From an uncultured Flavobacteriaceae bacterium (lineage in GTDB: Bacteria > Bacteroidota > Bacteroidia > Flavobacteriales > Flavobacteriaceae), in contig CALDUF010000057.1 in assembly GCA_937923515.1 (NCBI GenBank), forward strand, positions 230 to 64,229: a stretch of DNA of 64,000 bases, read 5' to 3'. The notes under the pieces were generated by a model. The model had not been told where the DNA came from and did no database searches. It was given only the letters and a program-made list of their open reading frames with translations. Below are positions 30,559 to 39,181 of this stretch, piece by piece; positions within the stretch are counted from its first letter, which is position 1, and each line of letters starts with the position of its first letter. Made by a program: the position numbers and the translations under genes.

Positions 30559-31437
30559 ATGGAAAAGGAAGTAATTTCTAACATATTACCAGAACGACAA
30601 GCTAAACCAAAATGGCTACGCGTTAAGTTACCCACTGGAAAAAAATATACAGAATTAAGAGGTTTAGTTGACAAATACAACTTAAATACCATATGCACCT
30701 CTGGAAGCTGCCCAAATATGGGAGAATGCTGGGGAGAAGGAACGGCTACTTTTATGATTTTAGGAAATATTTGTACCCGATCTTGTGGTTTTTGTGGTGT
30801 AAAAACAGGACGACCAGAAACCGTAGATTGGGACGAACCTGAAAAAGTTGCGCGCTCTATAAAAATTATGAAAATAAAACATGCGGTTTTAACTAGTGTT
30901 GATAGAGATGATTTAAAAGACATGGGAAGCATCATGTGGGCAGAAACAGTTAATGCGGTAAGGAGAATGAATCCAGAAACTACATTAGAAACTCTTATTC
31001 CAGATTTTCAAGGCATTGAAAAACATATCGATAGATTAATAGCCGTAGCGCCTGAAGTAGTATCTCATAATATAGAAACCGTAAAACGATTAACCCGAGA
31101 GGTGCGCATACAAGCAAAGTATGATAGAAGTATGGCGGTTCTTAAATATTTGAAACAACAGGGACAACGACGTACAAAATCTGGTATTATGCTAGGTTTA
31201 GGTGAAACAAGAGAAGAGGTTATTGAAACATTGCACGATTTAAAAGCTAACGATGTAGATGTGGTTACTATTGGCCAATACCTGCAACCTAGTAAAAAAC
31301 ACTTACCTGTTAAACGTTTTGTAAATCCTGATGAATTTGATGAATATAAAGCTATAGGTCTAGATTTAGGTTTTAGACATGTAGAAAGCAGTGCCCTTGT
31401 GCGTTCTTCATATAAGGCACAAAAGCATATAAATTAA
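30559..31437 (+). CDS. lipA: Lipoyl synthase
   Basis: CTSGSCPNMGEC and CTRSCGFC cluster motifs; RSSY. Confidence 0.97.
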   Translation: MEKEVISNILPERQAKPKWLRVKLPTGKKYTELRGLVDKYNLNTICTSGSCPNMGECWGEGTATFMILGNICTRSCGFCGVKTGRPETVDWDEPEKVARSIKIMKIKHAVLTSVDRDDLKDMGSIMWAETVNAVRRMNPETTLETLIPDFQGIEKHIDRLIAVAPEVVSHNIETVKRLTREVRIQAKYDRSMAVLKYLKQQGQRRTKSGIMLGLGETREEVIETLHDLKANDVDVVTIGQYLQPSKKHLPVKRFVNPDEFDEYKAIGLDLGFRHVESSALVRSSYKAQKHIN

Positions 31438-31449
31438 CTAAATATGTAA

Positions 31450-31495
31450 TTTATCGATAAAAGTGCGTGTTTTATCGAATAAATATTTATATTTG
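31450..31495 (+). promoter_or_regulatory. Putative operator (TTTATCGA direct repeat, 21-bp period) plus -7 element upstream of hybrid kinase 1
   Basis: TCGA at 31454 and 31475, TATATTTG at 31488-31495; the same geometry occurs upstream of kinase 2. Confidence 0.5.
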
Positions 31496-31514
31496 ACGAC
31501 CTATTGACCATAAA

Positions 31515-33746
31515 ATGTCCCAAGGAAAGCAATACATATTACTTGTTTTGATGTTAGCATCAATCTGTTTTTACGCTCAAAACACCATTGAGAAGGATCC
31601 AGAGATCATTCAAAACAACATAGATTACCGCATTAAGCGGTCTCAAGAAGCTATAAGCAACTATAATTATTTTGAGGCTCAAAAAACGTTGGATGAGGCA
31701 TTAGAACTTGCCCAAAATTCAAACAACAAAAAAAGTATTGGGTTAATTCAATCCTTAAAAGGCCAACTGCATTTACTAATTGAAGAAGAAGATGTTGCAA
31801 TAAAAGCACTAACATCTGCCATTGCAATGCAGCGTATTATTAATGATAATAAAAATTTAGGACGCTCCTACAAAATATTTGGCGATGTTTACATGGCTAA
31901 GAATAATATTTATCAGGCTTTAGACCAATATCGGGCAGCAAAATCTAAATTTCAAGAAGAAGGTTTAGATGCTGAGCTTGCCGAAACCCTACTTGCAGAA
32001 AGTAATGCCTACATTATACTTAAAAACTACAGAAAAGCAAGAGAACTTACAGAGCAATCTTTAGCGCTATCAAGAAAACAAGGTCTTAATAATACACTAA
32101 GTAATGCTTTAGTGAATCATGGTAAAATTTATAACATATTAAATGATCATGAAAAAGCTTTAGATTTTGCTAACGAAGGCTTAAAAATAGCTCAGGCTAA
32201 TGGCTTAAAAACTATAGAAAATGCTGGACTTTTAGTATTAAGTCAAATTCATGAAGATACTAATGATTTTCAACTTTCTAATTCATTTTTAAAAGCACAT
32301 GTTAAATTATCAGATTCTCTAAGAGCTGTAAAACGTGCAAGTTTGTCTCCAGAAAAACGTGCTGCTCTATTAAATAATGATTTAATTGAGAGCAACAAAA
32401 AACAACAGGCAGAGTTAGACGAAGCCAATAGTAAAAATGATTTAAGCACCTTAATAACAATACTTAGTGTGGCGCTTATTACCATTTTATCATTGCTTAC
32501 GCTTTCGCTATATAAAAACAACAATATTAGATTGAAAACCAATAATATGCTCCATAAGAAAAATAACGAGCTTATTATAGCCAAGGAAAAAGCAGAACTT
32601 GCTTCTAAAACAAAAGCCAATTTCTTATCTACCGTAACTCACGAATTAAGAACACCTCTTTATGCGGTTACAGGTTTAAGTAATATGTTATTGGATGAAG
32701 ATCCTAAACCAGAACAAATTCAACATTTAAAGTCTTTAAAATTTTCTGGAGATTATTTGTTAACCTTTATTAATGATATTCTCCAAATAAATAAAATTGA
32801 AGCTAATAAAGTTGAAGTAGAACCCGAACCATTTAACCTCAAGAAGAAGATTAATAATATTATTTTAGCACTAAACAACTCTGCTCTAGATAATAACGTA
32901 ACATTGCATTTTGAATTTGATAAAGACTTACCTGAAAACTTTATTGCAGATCAATTAAAAATTTCTCAAATATTAATTAACCTGATTGGTAACTCTATAA
33001 AGTTTACAAAAGATGGAGATATTTGGATAAGAGTATATAAAATTGGTCAGGAAAACGACATGTACAATCTACGCTTTGAAGTAGAAGATAATGGTATTGG
33101 TATTACAAAAGAGAAACAAGAAAACATGTTTGAGAGTTTCTCTCAAGGTTCTATCCAAATCAATAGAAAATACGGTGGCACTGGTCTTGGTCTATCTATT
33201 GTTAAAGGATTGATTGATATTCTAAAAGGAAAAATTTATTTGCAAAGTGAATTAGGAAAAGGCACTACATTCTTCTTCGAAATACCTCTTGAATATAATG
33301 AAGCTAAAGAAAAGGCTGCGAAAAAAGAAGTTAAAAAGCTTGATGTAAAGCCTAAAATTGATTTTAGCACGGTTAAAATACTAGTGGTTGAAGACAACAA
33401 AATCAACCAAATGATAACCAAAAAGATTTTAAATAAAATGGGGCTTGCCTGCGAAATTGTAGACAATGGTGAAGCAGCTGTTGATATGATTAAAAAGAAC
33501 AAGTACGACATTATTTTAATGGATATACACATGCCAGGAATTAGCGGAATTGAAGCTACCAAAATTGTAAGGTCTTTTGATAAAGAGCTCACTATTTTTG
33601 CACTTACTGCTGTAACAATAGAAGATAAAATGCACGAGTTTGAGGAAGCTGGCTTTACCGATATTATTCCAAAACCATTTAAGCAAGAGGAGTTCGAGAA
33701 AAAACTATTCAATGCGTTATCTGATAAAAAATCAGTAACCGCTTAA
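31515..33746 (+). CDS. TPR-sensor hybrid histidine kinase/response regulator (paralog 1)
   Basis: Signal peptide, TPR-like helices, TM, H-box THELRTPL, N and G boxes, receiver domain LMDIHMP. Confidence 0.93.
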   Translation: MSQGKQYILLVLMLASICFYAQNTIEKDPEIIQNNIDYRIKRSQEAISNYNYFEAQKTLDEALELAQNSNNKKSIGLIQSLKGQLHLLIEEEDVAIKALTSAIAMQRIINDNKNLGRSYKIFGDVYMAKNNIYQALDQYRAAKSKFQEEGLDAELAETLLAESNAYIILKNYRKARELTEQSLALSRKQGLNNTLSNALVNHGKIYNILNDHEKALDFANEGLKIAQANGLKTIENAGLLVLSQIHEDTNDFQLSNSFLKAHVKLSDSLRAVKRASLSPEKRAALLNNDLIESNKKQQAELDEANSKNDLSTLITILSVALITILSLLTLSLYKNNNIRLKTNNMLHKKNNELIIAKEKAELASKTKANFLSTVTHELRTPLYAVTGLSNMLLDEDPKPEQIQHLKSLKFSGDYLLTFINDILQINKIEANKVEVEPEPFNLKKKINNIILALNNSALDNNVTLHFEFDKDLPENFIADQLKISQILINLIGNSIKFTKDGDIWIRVYKIGQENDMYNLRFEVEDNGIGITKEKQENMFESFSQGSIQINRKYGGTGLGLSIVKGLIDILKGKIYLQSELGKGTTFFFEIPLEYNEAKEKAAKKEVKKLDVKPKIDFSTVKILVVEDNKINQMITKKILNKMGLACEIVDNGEAAVDMIKKNKYDIILMDIHMPGISGIEATKIVRSFDKELTIFALTAVTIEDKMHEFEEAGFTDIIPKPFKQEEFEKKLFNALSDKKSVTA

Positions 33747-34753
33747 AATGCCTTTACAAAGGTTTTTACCAAGTCATCAAAAGTTTTGTGTTCCAGTATA
33801 TTTACTGTAATTGGTAGATAAAAAAGTTGTGCCTTTAAAGTGTTATAGTGTTTTAAACGCATAAAATCTTTCTCTGTAGTAAGTATCTTCCCTACACTGT
33901 TTAACTTAAAAATGTCTTGAGACGTAAACTCGTGATGATCTTTAAACTCCAAATGTTTAAACTTTAAGTTTTTTAAATTTAAAAAATCAACTAAAGGTGT
34001 AGCATTTGCAATACCTGTAACTAAAGTAAAGTCATCAAAACTAGAAATATCTTGCCTTTCGTTATTAACCGATATTACCGCGTTAGCATATGCTATTGTA
34101 CTAAAAAAAACATGCTGATGCATAAAGGGTTTTATACGCTTTATAAAAGTAGATTTTTCAGCATTGGTAATATCATTTGGGCACTTAGTTACTACAATAA
34201 TATCAGCTCTTTTGTAACCTATTCTTGGTTCTCGTAAATTGCCTGTTGGCAAAACAAAATCTTTAAAAAAAGGCGCATTGTAAGTCGTTAGCATAATATT
34301 AAAACCAGCTTTAACTTTTCGGTGTTGTAAGGCATCATCAAGTAATATTACTTCAGGAGCTGCATCTAGTTGCAATAATTTACCAATACCGTTAGCGCGT
34401 TGCGCATCAACTGCAACTTGTATGTTATCTCCAAATTTAGTGTGAAATTGGTACGGCTCATCTCCGATATCCTCAACAGTAGTTATTGGATTCGCCAATT
34501 GAAATCCTTTGGTTTTACGTTTATAGCCGCGGCTTAATGTTGCCAAATTGTAATTTTCCTTTAAAAGTGTAATTAAATACTCAATCATAGGTGTTTTTCC
34601 AGTACCACCAACACTTAAATTGCCAACACAAAGTATTGGAATATCAAAACTTGTGGATGTTTTAATACCCAAATCATAAAACCTATTACGCAACCACGTT
34701 ACTACATAATATATGGGCACAATAGGAAATAATATTTTTCTCAGCATTTTCAC
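33743..34753 (-). CDS. lpxK: Tetraacyldisaccharide 4'-kinase
   Basis: VGNLSVGGTGKTP, SRGY, GDEP, LDDALQH and TTEKD motifs. Confidence 0.96.
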   Translation of the reverse strand: MKMLRKILFPIVPIYYVVTWLRNRFYDLGIKTSTSFDIPILCVGNLSVGGTGKTPMIEYLITLLKENYNLATLSRGYKRKTKGFQLANPITTVEDIGDEPYQFHTKFGDNIQVAVDAQRANGIGKLLQLDAAPEVILLDDALQHRKVKAGFNIMLTTYNAPFFKDFVLPTGNLREPRIGYKRADIIVVTKCPNDITNAEKSTFIKRIKPFMHQHVFFSTIAYANAVISVNNERQDISSFDDFTLVTGIANATPLVDFLNLKNLKFKHLEFKDHHEFTSQDIFKLNSVGKILTTEKDFMRLKHYNTLKAQLFYLPITVNILEHKTFDDLVKTFVKAF

Positions 34754-35000
34754 AAAACGAAAGTAATTATTTTATATTTGAAATAATGAATTTCTAAATG
34801 CACCTTATCAAAAAAATAGCTGTTTCAGGTCACTATTTAGTATCTGGTTGCATAAAAGAAATTTTATCTATTAAATACTGTATTGCCACAAATGTTATGG
34901 AGTACTAATAAATTCTGGATTTTTGCTCTAGAAGAGTACCAATTAAAAACACATGCCAATAGCAGTGCGTAACGTACTTTTTCGATTTAAACTTATAATC

Positions 35001-36095
35001 ATGATTATTCAAGACGTCATTAACCATTTAGAACTACTTGCACCTTTATCCTATGCAGAAGATTTTGACAATGTAGGGCTTTTAGTAGGAGATAAAACCA
35101 CTAAATTAACAGGCGTATTGGTAACCTTAGACACCTTGGAGACTGTTGTAGACGAGGCTATGGCAAAAGGGTGCAATCTCATTGTAAGCTTTCATCCCAT
35201 TATTTTTAAAGGCCTAAAAACGCTTACAGGAAAAACGTATGTAGAACGTGTAGTAATTAAAGCTATAACGCACAATATAGCCATTTACAGCATGCACACA
35301 GCCTTAGATAATGCCTTTAATGGTGTAAACGCCATGATTTGCGATCGCTTAAAATTGCAAAACAAACGCATACTAATACCCCAAAATGGCACGATAAAAA
35401 AACTAACAACCTATGCGCCAAAAAAAGAGGCCGAAGCAATACGAAACGCCTTATTTAGCGTTGGCGCTGGAAGCATTGGCAATTACACAAATTGCAGTTT
35501 TAATGTAGATGGTCTTGGTACTTTTAAAGGCAATGCTGCTTCAAATCCCACCATTGGTGAAAAAGGAACTCTACATACCGAAGAAGAAACCAAAATAACG
35601 GTAACATTCCCAAAACATTTAGAATCTAAACTATTAAACACATTATTCGCCACACATTCTTATGAAGAGATAGCGTACGAAATACATACTATCGAAAATA
35701 AAAATCAACACATAGGCATGGGTATGGTTGGTGAATTAGCAACGCCATTATCAGAAATCGATTTTCTAAATTACCTTAAAACCAACATGAAAACCGCGCC
35801 TATTCGCCATTCTCAATTTTTAAATAAAAAAATTAAGAAAGTAGCAGTTTTAGGAGGTTCAGGAAGTTTTGCTATCGCAGCTGCTAAGTCTACTGGTGCT
35901 GACGCATTTATAACTGCAGATTTAAAGTATCACGACTTTTTCTCTGCCGAAAACAACATTCTTTTGGCCGACATTGGGCACTACGAAAGCGAACAATTCA
36001 CAAAAACACTTTTAGTAGAGTATCTTACAAAAAAAATTACTAATTTTGCAATCGTTTTATCAAACACAAATACCAATCCTGTTAAGTATTTTTAA
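35001..36095 (+). CDS. Nif3-like dinuclear metal centre protein (DUF34) with PII-like insert
   Basis: DNVGLLVG, FHPIIF, HTALD, HSYEE and GHYESE motifs; start set at ATG 35001. Confidence 0.92.
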   Translation: MIIQDVINHLELLAPLSYAEDFDNVGLLVGDKTTKLTGVLVTLDTLETVVDEAMAKGCNLIVSFHPIIFKGLKTLTGKTYVERVVIKAITHNIAIYSMHTALDNAFNGVNAMICDRLKLQNKRILIPQNGTIKKLTTYAPKKEAEAIRNALFSVGAGSIGNYTNCSFNVDGLGTFKGNAASNPTIGEKGTLHTEEETKITVTFPKHLESKLLNTLFATHSYEEIAYEIHTIENKNQHIGMGMVGELATPLSEIDFLNYLKTNMKTAPIRHSQFLNKKIKKVAVLGGSGSFAIAAAKSTGADAFITADLKYHDFFSAENNILLADIGHYESEQFTKTLLVEYLTKKITNFAIVLSNTNTNPVKYF

Positions 36096-36098
36096 AGT

Positions 36099-36878
36099 AT
36101 GGCTAAAAAGAAAGAAGTTACTGTAGAAGAGCGTTTAAGAGCACTTTACGATTTACAACTTATAGATTCTCGCATAGACGAAATAAGAAACGTTCGCGGT
36201 GAGTTGCCTTTAGAAGTAAGAGATTTAGAAGATGAAGTTGCTGGATTAAACAATAGGCTAGACAAATTAGTAAACGATTTAGAAGCTATAGATAATGATA
36301 TTTCTTCAAGAAAAAATCTGATAGAAGAGTCTAAAGCACTTATTAAAAAATACGGTGAGCAACAAAAAAATGTTAGAAATAACAGAGAATTTAACTCACT
36401 TTCTAAAGAAGTTGAATTTCAAGAATTAGAAATTCAATTGGCTGAAAAGCACATTAAAGAATTTAAAGTTCAAATAGAGCAAAAGAAAGAAGTAATAACT
36501 ACTACTAAAGAGCAGTTAAAAGAGCGCGAAACGCACTTAAAACACAAGAAAAACGAACTTAACGATATTTTAGCTGAAACCGAAAAAGAAGAGCAGGCTT
36601 TAATTGCTAAATCTGACGAGTACAAAACACAAATCGAAGACCGTTTGGTTGCTGCTTACGACAGAATTCGCAAAAACGTTAAAAACGGATTAGCCGTTGT
36701 ACCTATCGAAAGAGGCGCATCTGGCGGTTCTTTTTTCACTATTCCACCGCAAGTTCAGGTAGAAATTGCATCTCGTAAAAAAGTAATTACAGATGAGCAT
36801 AGTGGCAGAATTTTAGTAGACGCCATGTTAGCCGAAGAGCAAAAAGTAAAAATGGAGAAGTTATTCGCAAAAATCTAA
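36099..36878 (+). CDS. Coiled-coil plus C4 zinc-ribbon family protein (DUF164/HP0958-like) lacking the ribbon cysteines
   Basis: LYDLQLIDS N-terminus, long coiled coil, ASGGSFFTIPPQ...DEHSGRIL; usual position after Nif3. Confidence 0.88.
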   Translation: MAKKKEVTVEERLRALYDLQLIDSRIDEIRNVRGELPLEVRDLEDEVAGLNNRLDKLVNDLEAIDNDISSRKNLIEESKALIKKYGEQQKNVRNNREFNSLSKEVEFQELEIQLAEKHIKEFKVQIEQKKEVITTTKEQLKERETHLKHKKNELNDILAETEKEEQALIAKSDEYKTQIEDRLVAAYDRIRKNVKNGLAVVPIERGASGGSFFTIPPQVQVEIASRKKVITDEHSGRILVDAMLAEEQKVKMEKLFAKI

Positions 36879-36902
36879 TCCATTTTCCATAATAAAATTG
36901 AG

Positions 36903-36929
36903 AGCCTTCACGTGTTGAAGGCTTTTTTT
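36903..36929 (+). terminator. Intrinsic terminator after Nif3 and the zinc-ribbon gene
   Basis: AGCCTTCA-CGTGT-TGAAGGCT followed by a T-run. Confidence 0.85.
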
Positions 36930-36940
36930 ATGTAGCACAA

Positions 36941-37140
36941 TTTGGGCGTTACCCCGCTTTTAGCCAAGTAACATTATCAAACACAGCAAAGTACTCCAAA
37001 AGCGGGGTCAGGCTTTTCGTTACAATCTTTTTTTCGTGTCATTACAGTCACAATTCCAATTACCTAAAGCAATCTCCTAACTTAATATAACAGCTTTTTT
37101 ACCAACACAAAAAAGGATTTCCACTGCAATCCTTAACGCA
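36941..37140 (-). ncRNA. Flavo-1-like structured RNA/repeat element, copy 2 (expanded loops)
   Basis: Minus strand TGCGTTAAGGATTGCAGTGGAAATCCTTTT...AAAAGATTGTAACGAAAAGCCTGACCCCGCTTTT...AAAAGCGGGGTAACGCCCAAA. Confidence 0.8.
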
Positions 37141-37331
37141 AAACACCCACCCAACTTTTATTGAAATTGAATGATATTTAAACCAACCTCGAGAAGAAAA
37201 ATAGAATACTAAAAAACAACTTCTAATTCGGCGAATTCAAAAACAAAGTAAAACCAACATTTAAAATAACTTTCACACTTTACTATTTAAGGTTTTGTAT
37301 TTTTATACGTCTATTAGAAAAAGAAAAAACA

Positions 37332-37991
37332 ATGAAAAACATCATCACAATATTAGTTGCAGCAATACTATTTAGTTGTCAAAACAACGCTCAAAATAAC
37401 GAAAAACAACAAAAAGTAATTAATGCAACCCCTGTTGAAGTACCCTTACAAAACGGCAAAGCCAAAGCCTATTTTGCAAGCGGATGCTTTTGGTGTGTAG
37501 AAGCAGTGTATGAAAGTATAAAAGGTGTAGATGAAGTGATAAATGGATACTCTGGCGGGCATACAGAAAACCCAACATATCCTGCAAGCAATACAGGCCT
37601 TACAGGGCATGCCGAAGCTATAGAAGTAATTTACGACCCCAATGTGGTAAGTTTTTCCATTTTAGTAGATGCCTACTTTGCATCGCAAAATCCAACACAG
37701 GTAAACGGACAAGGCCCAGACAGAGGCTCTCAATACCGTTCTATCATTTTTTATCAAAACGATGCACAAAAAAATATTATTCTAGAAAAGAAAGTAGCTT
37801 TAGCAAAACAACTAAATGCCAAAATAGCCGCAGAAGTGTATCCCTTTCAAAAATTTTGGGTAGCCGAAGCTTACCACCAAAACTACGAACGCCTAAACCC
37901 AAATAACGGCTATATACGCAATGTATCCATTCCAAGATTAAAACGCTTTCAAGCTAAGTTTCCAAAAGAATTGTTGAAAGAAGAACATTAA
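37332..37991 (+). CDS. msrA: Peptide-methionine (S)-S-oxide reductase, lipoprotein form
   Basis: GCFWC, GHAEAI, GSQYRS and AEAYHQNY motifs; lipobox LFSC. Confidence 0.95.
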   Translation: MKNIITILVAAILFSCQNNAQNNEKQQKVINATPVEVPLQNGKAKAYFASGCFWCVEAVYESIKGVDEVINGYSGGHTENPTYPASNTGLTGHAEAIEVIYDPNVVSFSILVDAYFASQNPTQVNGQGPDRGSQYRSIIFYQNDAQKNIILEKKVALAKQLNAKIAAEVYPFQKFWVAEAYHQNYERLNPNNGYIRNVSIPRLKRFQAKFPKELLKEEH

Positions 37992-38010
37992 GAAACTATA
38001 TGGTATCACA

Positions 38011-38811
38011 CTAAGCCTTGGTGGCCTTTAAAGTAAAAATTAAAGGATATAATTTAGTTTTAGTCACGTACATTCCAGAATCTGTTTTTTCTAAATTGGG
38101 CAATACATCATAAGGACTTTCATCAAATTCCTTTAAATATTCAATATGTAAGCCTGCTTCGGTTAAAGCAGTAACAACTTCTCCTAAACCATGATTCCAT
38201 GCATATTCTTTACTTATCATTTTAGAATTTTGGTCGGCATAAGTTCCTTCATAAGCCTCATAAATTACCTCATCTTGCATATAGCCGTATTTCATTTTAA
38301 GATTAGCATCTAAATAATCAAACATCCAAACTATAGGATGAAATTCTGCTATAAAAAAAGTGCCTCCAGGTTTTAAACGTTCCGCTATAAGTTGTCCCCA
38401 TGGTTTTAAATCTGGCAACCATCCAATAACGCCATAACTGGTAAAAACAATATCAAACGTATCTTTTACAAATTGTGATGTATCTAAAACATTACAGCAC
38501 ACAAATGTTGCATCTAATTCTAATTCAGCATTTAATGTTTTGGCTAATTGTATGGCTTCATCACTTAAATCTAAACCTGTACAACTGGCTCCCAGCCTAC
38601 TCCAACTTAAAGTATCTTGACCAAAATGGCATTGCAAGTGTAATAATGATTTTCCTAAAACATCACCTAAAGCCTCTAATTCATAAGGCATTAAAGAGGA
38701 AGCACCACCTTTAAATGCTTGCATGTTGTACATCTCGCTTTTGGCATGAACTCTAGCTTTTTCATTCCAAGTGGCTTTGTTGATTTCAAAAAAAGATTTG
38801 TTTTTATCCAT
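38011..38811 (-). CDS. Class I SAM-dependent methyltransferase
   Basis: LHLQCHFGQD, FDIVFTSYG and LKPGG motifs. Confidence 0.88.
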   Translation of the reverse strand: MDKNKSFFEINKATWNEKARVHAKSEMYNMQAFKGGASSLMPYELEALGDVLGKSLLHLQCHFGQDTLSWSRLGASCTGLDLSDEAIQLAKTLNAELELDATFVCCNVLDTSQFVKDTFDIVFTSYGVIGWLPDLKPWGQLIAERLKPGGTFFIAEFHPIVWMFDYLDANLKMKYGYMQDEVIYEAYEGTYADQNSKMISKEYAWNHGLGEVVTALTEAGLHIEYLKEFDESPYDVLPNLEKTDSGMYVTKTKLYPLIFTLKATKA

Positions 38812-38894
38812 TGTTGTAAGTTGAGCGTCTAAAATACGACTTAATACATATATTTATTACATAGATTTTTTCCGCATTTGCGCCTATATATATG

Positions 38895-38929
38895 TAAAGC
38901 GCCTCAATGAATTTTATTGAGGCGCTTTA
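38895..38929. terminator. Strong hairpin terminator downstream of the small minus-strand ORF
   Basis: TAAAGCGCCTCAAT...ATTGAGGCGCTTTA 14-bp inverted repeat. Confidence 0.8.
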
Positions 38930-38939
38930 TCGTTTTATA

Positions 38940-39062
38940 CTAATTAATCTGTAACGCAATACTTTGGGTGAACTTTTTGACACAAATGGCTGCATACATA
39001 CATTTACCCATTTCCCAAACTACTATAGTTTTACCATTTAAATACACTTTAATTGTGCCCAT
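38940..39062 (-). pseudogene. Truncated (4Fe-4S)-binding YjdI/Fer4_19-like gene (40 aa)
   Basis: Translation MGTIKVYLNGKTIVVWEMGKCMYAAICVKKFTQSIALQIN* resembles the family N-terminus YxNGxIxVxWxxxKCxHxxxC; the C-terminal half is missing. Confidence 0.55.
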
Positions 39063-39181
39063 GAATTTAAGCTTTTATTGAAAATACAAAAAATCACTTG
39101 CAGTAAAATCATCAATTTTTACGCTTCATTTCTAAGCTTATATTGCTTATTTTTGTTAGGAACCGAAAACTCAAAAACACA

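Noticed and set aside
34798-34908. 36-codon ORF (MHLIKKIAV...) between lpxK and Nif3
   Set aside because: No recognisable motif; compatible with chance in AT-rich DNA.
36879-37331. RNase P RNA (rnpB), often found after Nif3 and zinc-ribbon genes
   Set aside because: No GAGGAAAGTCC or other rnpB core; the space holds a terminator and element copy 2.
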